A stretch of 64,000 bases of DNA from Setoptus koraiensis (taxonomy: Eukaryota; Animalia; Arthropoda), in assembly GCA_048013815.1 (NCBI GenBank), contig CM106586.1:9672001-9736000 (forward strand). Direction: 5' to 3'. Shown piece after piece: positions 61,608-64,000 of the stretch (the first letter of the stretch is position 1; each line of letters starts with the position of its first letter). The notes under the pieces were generated by a model. It did not search any database. It was given only the letters and a program-made list of their open reading frames with translations, and was not told the origin of the DNA. The position numbers and the translations under genes were made by a program.

Positions 61608-63679
61608 GAGCACTAAGCGGCCCACAATCCGATTGCACAATCGCACTGAGCGGGCCTCAGAAAAGATGAGGCTCGCATGCCGTTAAGCTGGCCGGGCCAT
61701 TATTAACTCGCGCCAATAAATGTGTCTGTCCGTTATCATTGTTGCGGGCCCGGCGCGCGCCCGATGGGAAAATAATAATTTTTCATTCACTCGCCCGTTC
61801 GTCGACCGGTCCGCTGATCGGATTCGGCGCCCGTTTTGCATACTGCTCCTATCAGCGCATCAATTCAGCATATCCATTCGCGTCCATTCGCGTCCATTCA
61901 TATCCATTCGTGCTTGTTCGCGTCCGTTCGCGTCCATTCAAATCCATATGCACTTGATACGGCCCCCATTGTAGTCTGCGGCAGCGCAACATCGAGCCGT
62001 GATTGCGTTCGGGATGCGCCGACGTTCTATCGCAAACAAGAGTTTGGCGCAAATCAGGCCGCCCTCCAGACTGCGGCGAGCGGTCGCAATCGGGGCCCGA
62101 ACCAATTGCGAGCGAGGCTCGGCACAGGCGCGGGTTCTAGTCCGCCGGTCGCCAGTGATCGCGCGTTTTGATTGTATCAACTTGATATCAAGCTGATATC
62201 AACTTGATATAATTGTGCCCCGACACAACTGTGCTTGTGCTGGCATTAATTGCTCGAGTGTGCGTGTCATCATCACCTCATTGTGGCCATCGTATCCAAT
62301 TGCATCATTTGTTGTGGTTGCAATTGGAGCGAGCACTTGCGCGCCTCAATCCGGATAATCTCAATGTTGCTCAATGCGGATGTTGCTGCGCGTTCAGTCA
62401 GTGCGACGCACATCTTCAGACTGGCGGGCCGGCCGGCCCGCCGCTGGGCGGATGGCAGCCGAGAATGGGCAGCCACCGCAGCGCGACGATCACGCTGCAA
62501 CGGTCGCGGGGTGTCGACTATCTCGGGCTCTCGGTGAGCCGCTCGCAGCGACTCGCTCTCAATGAGTCGCTCTTAATGATTAGATTGGCGTTCAGTGGCG
62601 AGCCTCTTCTGGCTGACAAACAAACGCACTCGGCAAGAGTCTGTCAACAAGCAGTGACGTTTGGCGTCATTGTTGGTCGGTGGGGGCGCCCGTCGCCGCT
62701 GTCTAGCCGCACCGAGCCTCAACGAGCCGCGCTGAGCCGCACACAAATGTCAAATGTCAAGCCGCCTCAATTTCTCGACCGCATCATCATCGTGCGGTAA
62801 GACGATACCGCTGCGTGAGTGTGTGTCGTGCCGAGCGCCTAACTATTACATAACACAGGCAGACGATCCGTTGTTGTTGGCGATGCTGTTGTTGTTGCCA
62901 GCGCCGTTGTTGCGCAACAACAGCATGGGCACAATGCGACACGCCGGCGAGCGACATGCGGCGGTCGCTCGCCGTTGTTCGACGAGGCTGGCGACATATG
63001 TTGTTGTCGAGACTATTAACTATTACATAACAGAGTCATTTGCAAAACTAACGCGCTCGGCAATGATAATCTTGCGCATCTTGTCGTCGCGCCGCTTTCG
63101 TCATGCCTCCGCCGGGCCGACGAGCCGCCGGGCCGACGGGCCGACGTTGGCCTGTGTGCAAATGTGCCAAGACGCCAATTACGTGTCACTGAGACAGTTA
63201 TGTCATTGGCCGTTCGCACTGCTCACTGTTTGCGCCGATAGGGGCGCCATTTCGGGCCGCTGCGGCGCCTCGGTTACGGCGCTCAGTTGGGGCGCTCGGC
63301 GGCGGCGCTCGGCGGCGGCGCTCGGTTTGGGCGTCTCATGGCCGCGCGCACGGCCGCTGCGGCGCTGCGGGTGCCAATCAAACGCGCGTATAATTGAGTT
63401 ATCATGTTGATTGACCGTTATATTTGATATTCGATCAAATGTGGGGGCGCCTCAATCATCATTAGGCCGGCCAATGTGCGTTGTTACATAACAACAATGC
63501 GGCGCGCAGGCAATTTGATTGCCAGCGAGCGCGCACAGCCAAATGTAAATAACCGATACAAGCATTATTGTGCTGGGCACACAATGTAAACTCGCATACA
63601 CGAACCCAATTGGCCGTCCGATTGTCGGCGGCGTTCACTTGAAAATTTGCTCTTGTCTGTCATTTCGCGGCACCGACAG

Positions 63680-63829
63680 CGACAACAACAACGACAACAA
63701 CAACGACAGAAGCAACAACGACAACAACAACGACAACAACAACGACAACAACAACAACAACGACAGCAACAACGACAGCGACAACAACAACAACAACAAC
63801 AACAGCAACAACGACAGCGACAACAACAA
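63680..63829. repeat. Imperfect (ACA/GAC) trinucleotide repeat
   Basis: Read directly; gives poly-N/Q/L/V shadow ORFs in several frames. Confidence 0.9.
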
Positions 63830-64000
63830 ATCCGAGTGCACTATTATTGTAAATAATGGCGCACTCAATTCTAATTTTATTGTGTGTCGTATGTCGATGC
63901 GCGCTGGTTATGTAACCAGTGTCAGCGCGATGCGTCTGCAAACACTGACACTGGCGGCTGTATCAGCGGCTACTTCCATTAAGTAGCCGGCGCGCGTCAG

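Noticed and set aside
44832-63986. Dozens of overlapping 60-295-aa ORFs in the GC-rich block
   Set aside because: They occur in all six frames, consist of repeat-derived poly-Q/L/N/A/R tracts and show no domain motifs. Stop-codon scarcity in GC-rich simple repeats explains them. Only the 46418-46670 exon has independent signals.

Overview
Eukaryotic (animal, arthropod) genomic DNA. The intron-poor, tightly packed genes and a near-intronless IR25a suggest a compact-genome acariform mite, but that taxonomy is my inference. No rRNA, tRNA or CRISPR features were found. Bases 1 to about 44.5 kb are AT-rich and gene-dense. In order they hold an M1 aminopeptidase, a probably domesticated hAT-like transposase, G-protein beta-5, a ~1-kb non-autonomous TIR element, a Ca-channel alpha2-delta subunit, an atypical Rab, a 9-knuckle CCHC/Gly-rich protein, a decayed RNase H2C duplicate, Rab34/36, COG8, RNase H2C, a small HLH-like ORF, IR25a, glucuronosyltransferase I, an F-box gene and a PP1-docking-motif protein. 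From about 44.8 kb to the end the DNA is GC/CpG-rich and full of simple repeats. It contains one convincing signal-peptide first exon followed by what looks like an intron of more than 17 kb. The most notable observations are: (1) a 704-bp inverted copy of the IR25a 3' end, identical wherever I compared it, flanking a 3.6-kb three-gene cassette and carrying AATAAA hexamers for the genes at both ends; (2) a natural Q-to-L switch-II substitution in Rab34; (3) a 33-nt microexon in alpha2-delta; (4) RNase H2C and COG8 only 50 nt apart on the same strand. Gene models were spliced by hand and family names come from motif recognition; no database search was run.
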